From assembly GCA_965221325.1 (NCBI GenBank), contig OZ244880.1: a stretch of 64,000 nucleotides of DNA; one strand, given 5' to 3'. This document shows positions 55,928 to 64,000 of this stretch, piece by piece. The first letter of the stretch is position 1. Each line of letters starts with the position of its first letter. Origin of the DNA: Candidatus Foliamicus sp. (GTDB lineage Bacteria > Pseudomonadota > Gammaproteobacteria > Steroidobacterales > Foliamicaceae). A program made the position numbers and the translations under genes. The notes beneath the pieces were generated by a model, which was not told the origin of the DNA, made no database searches, and saw only the letters and a list, made by a program, of their open reading frames with translations.

Positions 55928-56786
55928 GCTTGATATGATGAATTTCCCACATCCAGGGTGGCTCGGATCCAGGGAAACGGTCACGCGAGGTGATTGAGTC
56001 GAAAGGGCTTTTCTATTCGCTGTATACGGATCGTGCGTCGCATTACTGGCACACGCCCAAGGCTGGGGGGCAAGGTGGACAAGACACGCCTCACGCAGTT
56101 TGGCCGGGCGTTGATGCAGGATTTGGGCATTGACATGATTCCGGCGTATTCGCCGGAGGCGCGGGGACGTTCCGAGCGGGCCTTCCGCACTCACCAGGGG
56201 CGCCTGGTGGGGGAGTTGGCGCTGGCGGGGATCACGGACATCGACGCCGCCAACCGTTATTTGGGCGAGGTCTACTAACCGGCGTTCAATGCCGAGTTTC
56301 GCCGTGCACCGGCGGAGGACAAGAGCGCCTTCGTGCTGGTGGCGGATCTGGCCCGCCTCGACGACATCCTGTGCGAGGTGCACGAGCGCACGGTGGCCCG
56401 CGACAACTGCGTTCGCTTCGAGGGCCAGGCGCTGCAATTGCCGGCGAGCCGTCACCGCCCGCATTACTTCAAGGCGCGTGTCAAGGTGCGCCGTCACACA
56501 CACGGCGCGCTTTCCGTCTGGCACGGCCCGCGGCTGTTGGCACGCTACACGGCGGATAGACAGTTCCAGCCAGATGAGCTGGAGAGGGCGGCATGAGCGC
56601 CTCGGCGCGCTCCCCGCTACGGTCGCTACGCTCCCTTCGCGGGGAGCGCGCAACCTTCGTCAGGGTAAACTCAAAACCGGACACTTCATGTGCTCTAAGA
56701 CCGGACACTTCTATTTGTCCGCAACAAACTTTTACAGACAAGCCTGAACGGGGGCCGTAAATCCAACAGGAGATGAGCCTGTAGTC

Positions 56787-58067
56787 GTGCGTTGGGATCA
56801 TCGGAGGATGATCGTGACGTTACAGGTCGAACGGGTTCGGAGCCTGGAAGAGGTTCGGGCCTTTGTGGGGGGCAGCGAGGCGGTGGATTTTGCCATCTCG
56901 GATCGTGTGGGGATTTACACTTTGGTTCGGCGTACGCTGGTGCGCTTGGAGTATCACCGTCTGGGCAAGGCGGACAAGGGCCTGGTGAAGCGTTATCTGG
57001 GCAAGGTGACGGGGGTCTCCAGGGAGCAGTTGACGCGCTTGATTGCGCAGCACCGGTCCACGGGGCGGATCGAGGATCGCCGCGGCGGGGCGCCGGCGCA
57101 GCCGTTTGCGCGCCGTTACACGCCGGCCGACGTGCGTCTTCTGGCGGAGGTGGACGCGGCCCTGGGCCAGATGTCCGGGGCGGCCACGCGCTGTTTGCTG
57201 CGCCGCGAGTGGGAGGTGTTCGGCAACGCGCGCTTCGCGCGCCTGTCGAAGCTGTCCAACGGGCATCTGTATTACCTGCGCAAGTCGCGGACCTACCGCA
57301 GTGTGCGCCGAGTCTTCACGCACACCCGCCCGGCCGCCGTGGCCATCGGGGTGCGCCGGCGGCCCGAGCCGAAGGGCCAGCCGGGATTCTTGCGCGTGGA
57401 TACCGTGCATCAGGGGGACCAGAACGGCGTCAAGGGGCTGTATCACATCAACGTGGTCGATGAGGTCACGCAATACCAGCATGTGGGCAGTGTGGCGGCG
57501 ATCTCGGAAGCCTTCCTGCTCCCGGTGCTCGAAGCGCTGATCGAAGCCTTTCCCTTTGTTGTAAAGGGCTTCCACGCCGATAACGGCTCCGAATACATCA
57601 ACCATCAGGTCGCGGCGCTGCTGATGAAGCGGCATGTGGGGGAGTTCACCAAGTCCCGGCCCCGGCAGTCGCACGACAACGCCCTGGTGGAGAGCAAGAA
57701 CGCCTCGGTGATCCGCAAGTGGCTCGGCTACAGCCATATCCCGGTGCACTTCGCACCATCCGTCAACGCGTTCAACCGGGACTGCTTGTCTCCCTTTCTC
57801 AACCACCACCGCCCGTGCCTGTTCCCCACCGAAGTTATCGACACCAAAGGCCGGGCGCGCAAGCGCTATCCCGACAGCAACGTCATGACGCCCTACGAGA
57901 AGCTGAAGTCGCTGGAAAACGCCGGGCAGTACCTGCGCTCCGGCGTCACCTTCGATGAGCTCGACGCCCTGGTTCTCAAGACCAGCGGCTTTAAGGCCGC
58001 GCAAGCGCTGACCCGCGCACGCAACGACCTGTTTATGCAAATCGGCAAAGCGCTCGCCGCCGCCTGA
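56787..58067 (+). CDS. DDE (rve) transposase (start possibly ATG 56808)
   Basis: PGFLRVDTVHQG, FHADNGSEYIN, KSRPRQSHDNALVESKN. Confidence 0.88.
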   Translation: MRWDHRRMIVTLQVERVRSLEEVRAFVGGSEAVDFAISDRVGIYTLVRRTLVRLEYHRLGKADKGLVKRYLGKVTGVSREQLTRLIAQHRSTGRIEDRRGGAPAQPFARRYTPADVRLLAEVDAALGQMSGAATRCLLRREWEVFGNARFARLSKLSNGHLYYLRKSRTYRSVRRVFTHTRPAAVAIGVRRRPEPKGQPGFLRVDTVHQGDQNGVKGLYHINVVDEVTQYQHVGSVAAISEAFLLPVLEALIEAFPFVVKGFHADNGSEYINHQVAALLMKRHVGEFTKSRPRQSHDNALVESKNASVIRKWLGYSHIPVHFAPSVNAFNRDCLSPFLNHHRPCLFPTEVIDTKGRARKRYPDSNVMTPYEKLKSLENAGQYLRSGVTFDELDALVLKTSGFKAAQALTRARNDLFMQIGKALAAA

Positions 58068-58086
58068 GCGCCGATCCCCCAAGCTC

Positions 58087-58222
58087 GTCCTGTGGAGTTG
58101 TGGACGAGTCCTGCGGACCGGCCCGCGCCCTGCGGGACATGGGGACAGCCCGTGGATAACGCTTGCGCGTTACCCACCGCCTGACCCCACTCGCGGGCCT
58201 CTCGACCACAACCCCACAGGAC
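58087..58222. other. Multi-branched inverted-repeat structure in the IS 3' non-coding tail
   Basis: Outer 22-bp stem with 2 mismatches enclosing nested stems and three hairpins (see findings). Confidence 0.75.
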
Positions 58223-58462
58223 CCGCCACCAGAAACTTTGGATCAGGAAGATAAACCCGCCGCAGAACCCTTGAACACCCGGCACTCCAACCTCAAGATA
58301 GAAACCCTGGCAGCAACAATCCCAGCCACGACTACCGCTCCGATCCAACCCACCGCTTCAGGCTCATTTCCGTATTGGATTACGCTTTGGAGACAGGGGA
58401 CATTACTGCTTTGGGCTAGCAGGTTTAATGCAAACCTGATCTTTCAGAGGCAGTTGCAATAT

Positions 58463-58490
58463 ATTTAACATAATATACATTATGCCCGAG
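58463..58490 (-). other. dif: Chromosomal dif site (XerC/XerD recombination site)
   Basis: Minus strand CTCGGGCATAA TGTATA TTATGTTAAAT versus E. coli GGTGCGCATAA TGTATA TTATGTTAAAT: XerD arm and core identical; intergenic; + strand KOPS converge on it. Confidence 0.9.
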
Positions 58491-58530
58491 AGATAACGAT
58501 CAGCCTTATGGGCCGCCGGCTGCCTGTTCC

Positions 58531-59748
58531 CTAGTACTGCGCATCGTCCGGCAGCGGACCGGAGACCCTTACTTCATCGATCAGCGTCCGTCGGACAATA
58601 CGCCCATCGCGCATGTATTGCGTCGCCCTCATGCGCACATCCGGGTCGCCCGGGTTGAAGCTGACGACTTCCGAAACCGTCAAGCCGGAGCCGTCCTTGA
58701 ATTCCATCAGGAACACCGAAGTCCGCCCCGCTTTGTCATCGGCGATCGCCTTGGCCCAGCCTTCGAGCCGGTCGTTGAAAAAGCGCAAGCGGTCCACATC
58801 CCACTTGCCATAGCTTTCAATGCGCTGTTCCGCGTCGGTGTCCGGATTGAGAAGGTTGACCTGGTGATAGTCGTGAACTTCGCCATCGGGCAACAGCCGC
58901 ACGACGATCCTCGATGGCAGTGTTTCGATCAATTTGCCTTCCGGGTCAACCCGGCGGAACACACCTTCCCAGATACCCTCCATTTTCGCGGTCAGCGGCG
59001 CGCGACGGCGCAACTCGGTGCGGGAAATCCGGTCGCCATTGCCAAGTAGTGGTTCGGCAGCAAGACGGTCGAATCGCAGCCAGGAAAAGCCGTCTATTTC
59101 GCCTCGAATGGAGCCGTCCACGACCTTGATGGATCGATCCCGATACCAGAGTCGGTGGCGGTCAAGCACCATGTCGAACTCGGCGTAAACCGGTCCGCTT
59201 TGCGGATGCTCATAGCGGCACGCCTGTGGCCGCATGCCGCCCTTGAAGCGCTCTGTATCCGGTTCCCAGCGAAAAAACAGATTGCATTCGGAAACAAGAA
59301 ACAGATCCTCACGGTCCAGCTTATTGACTTCCTCCAATGCAATCGGCGGCCGGTCGTAGGCTTGCTCGAGTGAAGTGAAAAGCTGTTCGACTTCGATTTC
59401 TCCGCTGCTTTCGCGCCACACCAAGGACATGACGCGCTGCCGGTGCGCCAAGTGTGGCTGATCCATCTTCACCTCTTCGAGAAACAGCACCACGTTGCCA
59501 ATGGCCGGCATATCGAGACGATGTACGCGCATGTCGCGCACGAGTCGTACCGCCTCCGGATAATCCGGTTCCCGATTGAGCCGCTCGGCCTTGGCCTGCC
59601 GTTCGTTCGAGAATGACCCGGTCCAATAGTTGGCAAAGGTCTCGAGCAGTTCGGCGCCGTCCACCGAGTCGGCGCCCAGAGCCACCGGCCCATGCGCGCC
59701 AAGCAAGACGGCGGTGAGAAAAACCGCTGGGAAATGATTGGATTGCAT
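58531..59748 (-). CDS. Exported CpcT/CpeT-like domain fused to a second beta-barrel (DUF3598-like) domain
   Basis: Signal peptide; WTGSFSNERQA, HRQRVMSL, CNLFFRW..FKGGM..C; C-terminal EGIWEGVFRRVDPEG..HDYHQVN..RMRATQY..RRTLIDE. Confidence 0.6.
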   Translation of the reverse strand: MQSNHFPAVFLTAVLLGAHGPVALGADSVDGAELLETFANYWTGSFSNERQAKAERLNREPDYPEAVRLVRDMRVHRLDMPAIGNVVLFLEEVKMDQPHLAHRQRVMSLVWRESSGEIEVEQLFTSLEQAYDRPPIALEEVNKLDREDLFLVSECNLFFRWEPDTERFKGGMRPQACRYEHPQSGPVYAEFDMVLDRHRLWYRDRSIKVVDGSIRGEIDGFSWLRFDRLAAEPLLGNGDRISRTELRRRAPLTAKMEGIWEGVFRRVDPEGKLIETLPSRIVVRLLPDGEVHDYHQVNLLNPDTDAEQRIESYGKWDVDRLRFFNDRLEGWAKAIADDKAGRTSVFLMEFKDGSGLTVSEVVSFNPGDPDVRMRATQYMRDGRIVRRTLIDEVRVSGPLPDDAQY

Positions 59749-59890
59749 CAATATTGACCTCATGTGTTTGCAGTTCGGTGCGCGTGTGCGTGGGCTCATT
59801 TTCGTGGTGGCGCCACTACTACTGTCCAGCCGATTTCAATTTGGAGCGAGCATAACCCACTGTGGGGCCAGTTCGCCGCCGCCTCTACCC

Positions 59891-60784
59891 TCACCTGCAC
59901 AGAAACTCACTCGTTCTGATCCGCAGATGCTTCACAAACTCGCGGGCAACTGCAGAAAGCGGCCGGGAGTCCAGATGGATGACCGAAATCGGAAACCGAA
60001 TCGTGGGCTCCAGGCGGCAGATCTTGACGTCACCATGGCCCGAAGACAGCGCGGTGATCTTGTCTATGATCGTAATCCCGGCCCCTTCTGCTACCAGCGA
60101 CTTGGCGATGTGGTAGGTATCGCAACTGACCAGCGTCTTGAGCTCCGTGCTCCGTTCCTCCAATTGTCTGGTCAGCATCTGTCCAAGAGGACTTCTGCCG
60201 CTAAGCTTGATGAACGGCAGATTGGCCAAGTCCCGGATGCTCAGCACCTGCTTGCCCGAGATCTTCAAGTCCTGCGGCGCGAGCACCACGAACTCGGTGG
60301 TCGCGATTGTGTCGATTCCCAAACCGGGTTTGGCGGGTGGATCGAAGGCAACGCCGATGTCAATGCGCTGTTCCTCCAGTGCGAGCGCCATCTCTTCGTA
60401 GTGAAGGGTTTCAATTTCAAACGCCGTGTTTCCGTGCGTAAGCAGGAACGACGCGATCGTTGATGGCAGCAAGTGGAGACCGAACGCGGGCGTGGCGGCG
60501 ACCCGAATGCGAGACTCGTCGGATGAATGGAGATTGTGCGCCAGGCGCCGAAGCTGTTCCATGTTCTGGTAAACGGTGGATACACTCTTGAACAGTCGAT
60601 GTGCTTCGGGTGTAGGTATCAGCGCGCCGCGAACGCGCTCGAACAGCGCGTAGCCCAGGACCTGCTCCGCATGCGCCAGCACCTTGCTTACGGATGGCTG
60701 GGTGACATTGAGTACCTTGGCGGCGGCAGTCACGGAACCGTTGGTGTAAACGGCGTGAAATACTTCGGCGTGGCGCAGTCTCAT
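59891..60784 (-). CDS. LysR-family transcriptional regulator
   Basis: MRLRHAEVFHAV..GSVTAAAKVLNVTQPSVSKVL..LFER..PTPEA. Confidence 0.93.
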   Translation of the reverse strand: MRLRHAEVFHAVYTNGSVTAAAKVLNVTQPSVSKVLAHAEQVLGYALFERVRGALIPTPEAHRLFKSVSTVYQNMEQLRRLAHNLHSSDESRIRVAATPAFGLHLLPSTIASFLLTHGNTAFEIETLHYEEMALALEEQRIDIGVAFDPPAKPGLGIDTIATTEFVVLAPQDLKISGKQVLSIRDLANLPFIKLSGRSPLGQMLTRQLEERSTELKTLVSCDTYHIAKSLVAEGAGITIIDKITALSSGHGDVKICRLEPTIRFPISVIHLDSRPLSAVAREFVKHLRIRTSEFLCR

Positions 60785-60801
60785 ATCGACATCATGCGAA
60801 T

Positions 60802-60822
60802 GGATATTCTGGAAAGTTATAC
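60802..60822. promoter_or_regulatory. Possible LysR binding box in the divergent promoter
   Basis: ATA-N11-TAT (ATATTCTGGAAAGTTAT) about 20 bp upstream of the lysR start. Confidence 0.3.
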
Positions 60823-61086
60823 ACAGCACCAGGATTTGGCGCAACAAAAAACGGCACACGTCAGCCTCAATCGCAAGCAATTGGAAACAAGAAACCCGAA
60901 TTGGGCCAGATTAAAGTATTGCCTGTGGTTATATCTTGCCGCTTGATTGGAATTTGCCAATGCCGAACTGCTGATTGATACTTGATTGGGGCGGTTTTGC
61001 ATCAGGGCTCAACGATCAGGGAGAACTATTGCGGGTTTTGCTTGCTTGCTCAATCGCTCGAAAGCTTGAAACGAAGGGGAACAGAA

Positions 61087-64000
61087 ATGATCTTGTCGCT
61101 ATCGAAACACCCGAGGAAGGCAGCCGGTCTTCGCAACACGCTACTGCTGTCCGGCTTGGCGGCATTTGCGCTTCAAAGCGTCCAGGCGCAGGAGGAAGAA
61201 GCTGCGGACCGCGCTATTGAAGAAATCGTTGTGACCGGGACGCACATCGAAGGAGCCGATGTGGAGGGGCTTTTGCCGGTCACGGTGATAGGGATCGAAG
61301 ACATACGAACAACCGGCGCCGAGATCGGCGATGAGCTTCTTCGGGCGATCCCGCAGTTCGGCTCGATCGGAATGACGCATGTTCGAGGCGGCATTACGGG
61401 CGTAAACGCTGCGCGGGGAGATGTTGCGTCGTTCAACCTGAGAAGCTTGGGCGAAGGCAATACGCTGGTTCTGATCAACGGCAGGCGAATGGTCCTGCAC
61501 CCTATTACGCAGACCAGCACCGCTTTCGGCGTGCCTGTTGCGTCGGCAAATGCCAACACCTTGCCGATTGCCGGGCTCGACCGGGTGGAAGTGCTGCGCG
61601 ACGGCGCGGGCTCCTTGTATGGAGCTGATGCCGTTGCGGGTGTTGTCAACTATGTCATCGACGACAGGTTCGACGGCGCCGAGGCATCGATTCGCTATGG
61701 CGCCGAGAACGGCACGGGCCGGGATGATGTGTCGGTGAACGGTGCGATCGGCTTCGAATTGGGCGACGGCGCTACCCACCTGCTGCTGTCCGGAAGCTAC
61801 ATGTCCAGCACCGGCGTACTGGCCTCCGAAAAATCCTATTCGGCCACGCAGGACAATCGCTCGCGGGCGCCGGAAGAGTTCAGGTCGGACGTGAGTTTGG
61901 ACGGGCGTTCCAGCCTGGAGCCCTATTCCCTCGTGAATTTCACAGGATTGGGTTCATTTCATGTTCGGCCTGCAAACCTGGTAACCGATCGCGGCGGCAT
62001 GCTCGGAGTGGAGGATTGCGGCGGCCGGGGGCTGGCCGGCGCTGATTTGGTCTATAGCGACGGGGTACAGGACTTGTGCCTGGACTCCAGCGGTCAGGAT
62101 CGCGCCTTGCGTCCCAATCGCAATGAGGTCAAGTCGCTGACGCCGGATACTGACCGCATCAATCTCTATGCCCGCCTTGGGCACGACATGGATAACGGCT
62201 GGGAACTGTACGGCGAAGGTTCCTACTACTACTCGAATGTTGATCGCGTTTGGGAGCAGGCGGCGATTCTGAGCAATGGACGCTTCTTTGTGCCGGCGGA
62301 CTACTATTGGAACCCGTTCGGGCCCGTCAACTTTGATGACGGCCGCCAGAACCCGAACCGGCTGCCCGGCCTCGACACGGCTATCGTTCCCGCTGAAGGC
62401 CTCGGCTTTCTGCTAGTCGGCCATCGGCCGGTCGATCTGGGCCCCAGGCGGGTTGAAGTGGAGGGCTCCAGCTATCGCATGTTGCTGGGTCTGCAAGGCA
62501 ATCTGGGAGATTGGGATCTCGATACCGCTGTCTGGCACAGCGAGGCGCGCGTGGACGATACCGCCAGCAATCGCATCAGTACGCCGCTTTTTCAGGCGCA
62601 GATGACACTGGATACCCCGGACGCCTACAACATTTTTTCCGGCGTCAATCCGAACGATTCGACAAGCATCACAGACTTCACGCCCAATCCGCAGTCAAGC
62701 ATCGATCCTTTCCTGGTCAGCGCATCACGGGACGTCAAGACGACGCTAACGGCCGTCGATTTTCGCGCCTCAAGGCCGGACATGTTTTCGTTGCCGGCCG
62801 GTGATGCGGCTATCGCCGTTGGGGCCGAGTTTCGGCGCGAGGAACTGGACGAAGACAACAGCGCAATCTTTGACGGTTCAACACCCTATATCGATCCGCT
62901 CAACTCGAATCTAGGCCCCGGAGAGGTAACCAATCTCAGCAGTCTGCAAGGCAGTAGCGTTCGACCCGACGTGCGCGCGGACCGCGATGTGTCGTCACTG
63001 TATGCAGAACTCCTGCTTCCGCTGCTGGCGGGCAGCGACGGCGTGCCAACCCTCACGGCACAGATCGCAGCCCGGTTCGAAGATTTCAGCGACGTTGGCA
63101 ACATAACCCGGCCGAAGATCGCGCTCTCCTGGTATCCGGCTCTGTGGTTGCAGCTGCGAGGTTCCTACTCGGAGGGCTTCAGAGCGCCGAATCTGATTCA
63201 GTTGAACTCGCCGGGCACGTCCATCACGACCTCGATACAGGATTTTGCCGAGGGGATACTGCTCGGAACAGGTGACCTGAACAGTGGCCCACCCAACGGA
63301 AATTACATTCTGGAAACCTCGGGCAACGCGGCACTCAAACCGGAAGAGAGCGAACAGACGAGTATCGGCATTGTGTTGACCCCCGCGGAAGGCCTCACAC
63401 TGACACTTGATTGGTGGGAGATCGAATCGACTGGAGCCGTGGGCGTGTTCACGGACGAAAACGAATCCCGTCTTGATGCCGTGCTGCGCGCTGAAGGCAG
63501 CTCGAACCCCGCCGTATTTCGTGGTGTACCGGACGCAGCAAATCCGCTCGGCGAAATTGTCAGAGTCGTGCGCCGCTATGAAAACCTCAATACGCGAAAC
63601 GTGAACGGTTACGACGTTCAAGTTATCTATGCACTGGAATCTCCCCTCGGCGCCTTCGATTTCCGGCTGAACTGGGCCGAGTTGACGGACTTCGACCAGG
63701 AAGCCGGCGGTAATGCGGCGCGGCTGGTAGCGGCCGGCGCCAACCCGAGCGTACTCGGGGCCACCGTCGGCTCGCTCATTCGGCGGGAATTCTTCCCCGA
63801 GCGGCGCGCCACATTGAGTGCGCGCTGGCGCAGCAATAGTGCGCTTTGGGAAGTGGGCGCGTTCGGCTCCTACGTAAGCGACGTGTTCGAACCGTCGGTA
63901 ACGAATGCGGATGGCGACTTCATGCAAGTGGACGCGATGACCGTCGTGAATGTTCATGCGTCGCGCTACGATTTGCTTGGACAGGGAAGCACTATCCGCC
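61087..64000 (+). CDS. TonB-dependent receptor, runs off the window end (absent from the ORF track)
   Basis: Hand translation from ATG 61087: signal peptide SVQA|Q, IEEIVVTGTHIEGA, FNLRSLGEGNTLVLINGRR, VEVLRDGAGSLYGADAVAGVVN, FRAPNL, LKPEES. Confidence 0.9.
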   Translation, partial: MILSLSKHPRKAAGLRNTLLLSGLAAFALQSVQAQEEEAADRAIEEIVVTGTHIEGADVEGLLPVTVIGIEDIRTTGAEIGDELLRAIPQFGSIGMTHVRGGITGVNAARGDVASFNLRSLGEGNTLVLINGRRMVLHPITQTSTAFGVPVASANANTLPIAGLDRVEVLRDGAGSLYGADAVAGVVNYVIDDRFDGAEASIRYGAENGTGRDDVSVNGAIGFELGDGATHLLLSGSYMSSTGVLASEKSYSATQDNRSRAPEEFRSDVSLDGRSSLEPYSLVNFTGLGSFHVRPANLVTDRGGMLGVEDCGGRGLAGADLVYSDGVQDLCLDSSGQDRALRPNRNEVKSLTPDTDRINLYARLGHDMDNGWELYGEGSYYYSNVDRVWEQAAILSNGRFFVPADYYWNPFGPVNFDDGRQNPNRLPGLDTAIVPAEGLGFLLVGHRPVDLGPRRVEVEGSSYRMLLGLQGNLGDWDLDTAVWHSEARVDDTASNRISTPLFQAQMTLDTPDAYNIFSGVNPNDSTSITDFTPNPQSSIDPFLVSASRDVKTTLTAVDFRASRPDMFSLPAGDAAIAVGAEFRREELDEDNSAIFDGSTPYIDPLNSNLGPGEVTNLSSLQGSSVRPDVRADRDVSSLYAELLLPLLAGSDGVPTLTAQIAARFEDFSDVGNITRPKIALSWYPALWLQLRGSYSEGFRAPNLIQLNSPGTSITTSIQDFAEGILLGTGDLNSGPPNGNYILETSGNAALKPEESEQTSIGIVLTPAEGLTLTLDWWEIESTGAVGVFTDENESRLDAVLRAEGSSNPAVFRGVPDAANPLGEIVRVVRRYENLNTRNVNGYDVQVIYALESPLGAFDFRLNWAELTDFDQEAGGNAARLVAAGANPSVLGATVGSLIRREFFPERRATLSARWRSNSALWEVGAFGSYVSDVFEPSVTNADGDFMQVDAMTVVNVHASRYDLLGQGSTIR

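Larger units (their letters stand above)
53451..55983 (+). mobile_element. IS3-family (IS407 group) element carrying a nested IS4
   Basis: IRL TGACCGTTCCCCTGTAATCCGAGCC, IRR GGCTCGGATCCAGGGAAACGGTCA, 4-bp TSD CGCG (53447-53450, 55984-55987). Confidence 0.92.
52877..56596 (+). pseudogene. ISNCY transposase pseudogene (52877-53450 joined to 55988-56596)
   Basis: HTH AAALLGVSVRTFRRW, HQDGS..TMDDAT; continues VIESKGLFYSLYTDRASHY and AYSPEARGRSERAF; frameshift in the G run near 56065 and in-frame TAA at 56276-56278. Confidence 0.85.
52789..56726 (+). mobile_element. ISNCY (IS1202-like) element, interrupted by an IS3
   Basis: Ends TGT..GTCCGGTCTTAGAGCACATGAAGTGTCCGG and CCGGACACTTCATGTGCTCTAAGACCGGAC..ACA form long inverted repeats; transposase halves lie on either side of the IS3; no TSD seen. 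Confidence 0.8.
56754..58386 (+). mobile_element. IS with rve/integrase-core transposase (ISNCY/IS481-like); left end may extend to about 56727
   Basis: Imperfect 28-bp IRs GCCGTAAATCCAACAGGAGATGAGCCTG and (reverse complement) AGCGTAATCCAATACGGAAATGAGCCTG. Confidence 0.7.

Noticed and set aside
52760-56760. ISNCY/IS1202-like element inserted next to a Xer site
   Set aside because: Some IS1202-family members target XerCD sites, but neither immediate flank shows a dif-like sequence or a TSD.
58163-58468. 101-aa ORF after the rve transposase
   Set aside because: It crosses the structured tail, the IR and dif, has low complexity, and has no SD.
1-64000. tRNA, rRNA, riboswitch, CRISPR-Cas, retron/RT or known defence systems
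   Set aside because: None recognised by eye; intergenic gaps are mostly short. A covariance-model scan would be needed to exclude small RNAs.

Overview
GC-rich Gammaproteobacteria-type chromosomal segment at the replication terminus. A near-canonical dif site lies at 58463-58490, and at least ten KOPS octamers (GGGNAGGG) on the + strand point towards it. From left to right the window holds: (1) the 3' part of a giant FG-GAP/thrombospondin-type-3 repeat protein; (2) an alpha/beta-hydrolase and a DRG-like TGS GTPase; (3) an operon of pyrB, an Ntn acylase, a signal-peptide-bearing M14 carboxypeptidase/C-N-lyase fusion and a TonB-dependent receptor; (4) redox genes and an etfBA-sulfurtransferase-HapK-MaoC-CpcT-like operon facing an atypical Fe-S flavoenzyme; (5) AddAB-like repair genes, gspG-M and fabG-acpP-fabF-mltG-tmk-holB-pilZ; (6) ArnT-like, FNR, TlpA and BNR-propeller genes; (7) a 7.5-kb island between a degenerate dif-like site (51011) and dif, carrying an orphan secreted protein, a 42-aa membrane peptide, an exact 666-bp tandem duplication and deeply nested IS elements; (8) a CpcT-like fusion gene, a LysR regulator and a second, truncated TonB-dependent receptor. 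The best leads are the Xer-bracketed island, the peptidase-lyase fusion locus, a possible bilin/pyrrole-handling gene set, three AT-rich in-gene patches about 20.07 kb apart that share a 14-nt motif, and a highly structured non-coding IS tail. All product calls come from motif recognition by eye; no database search was run.
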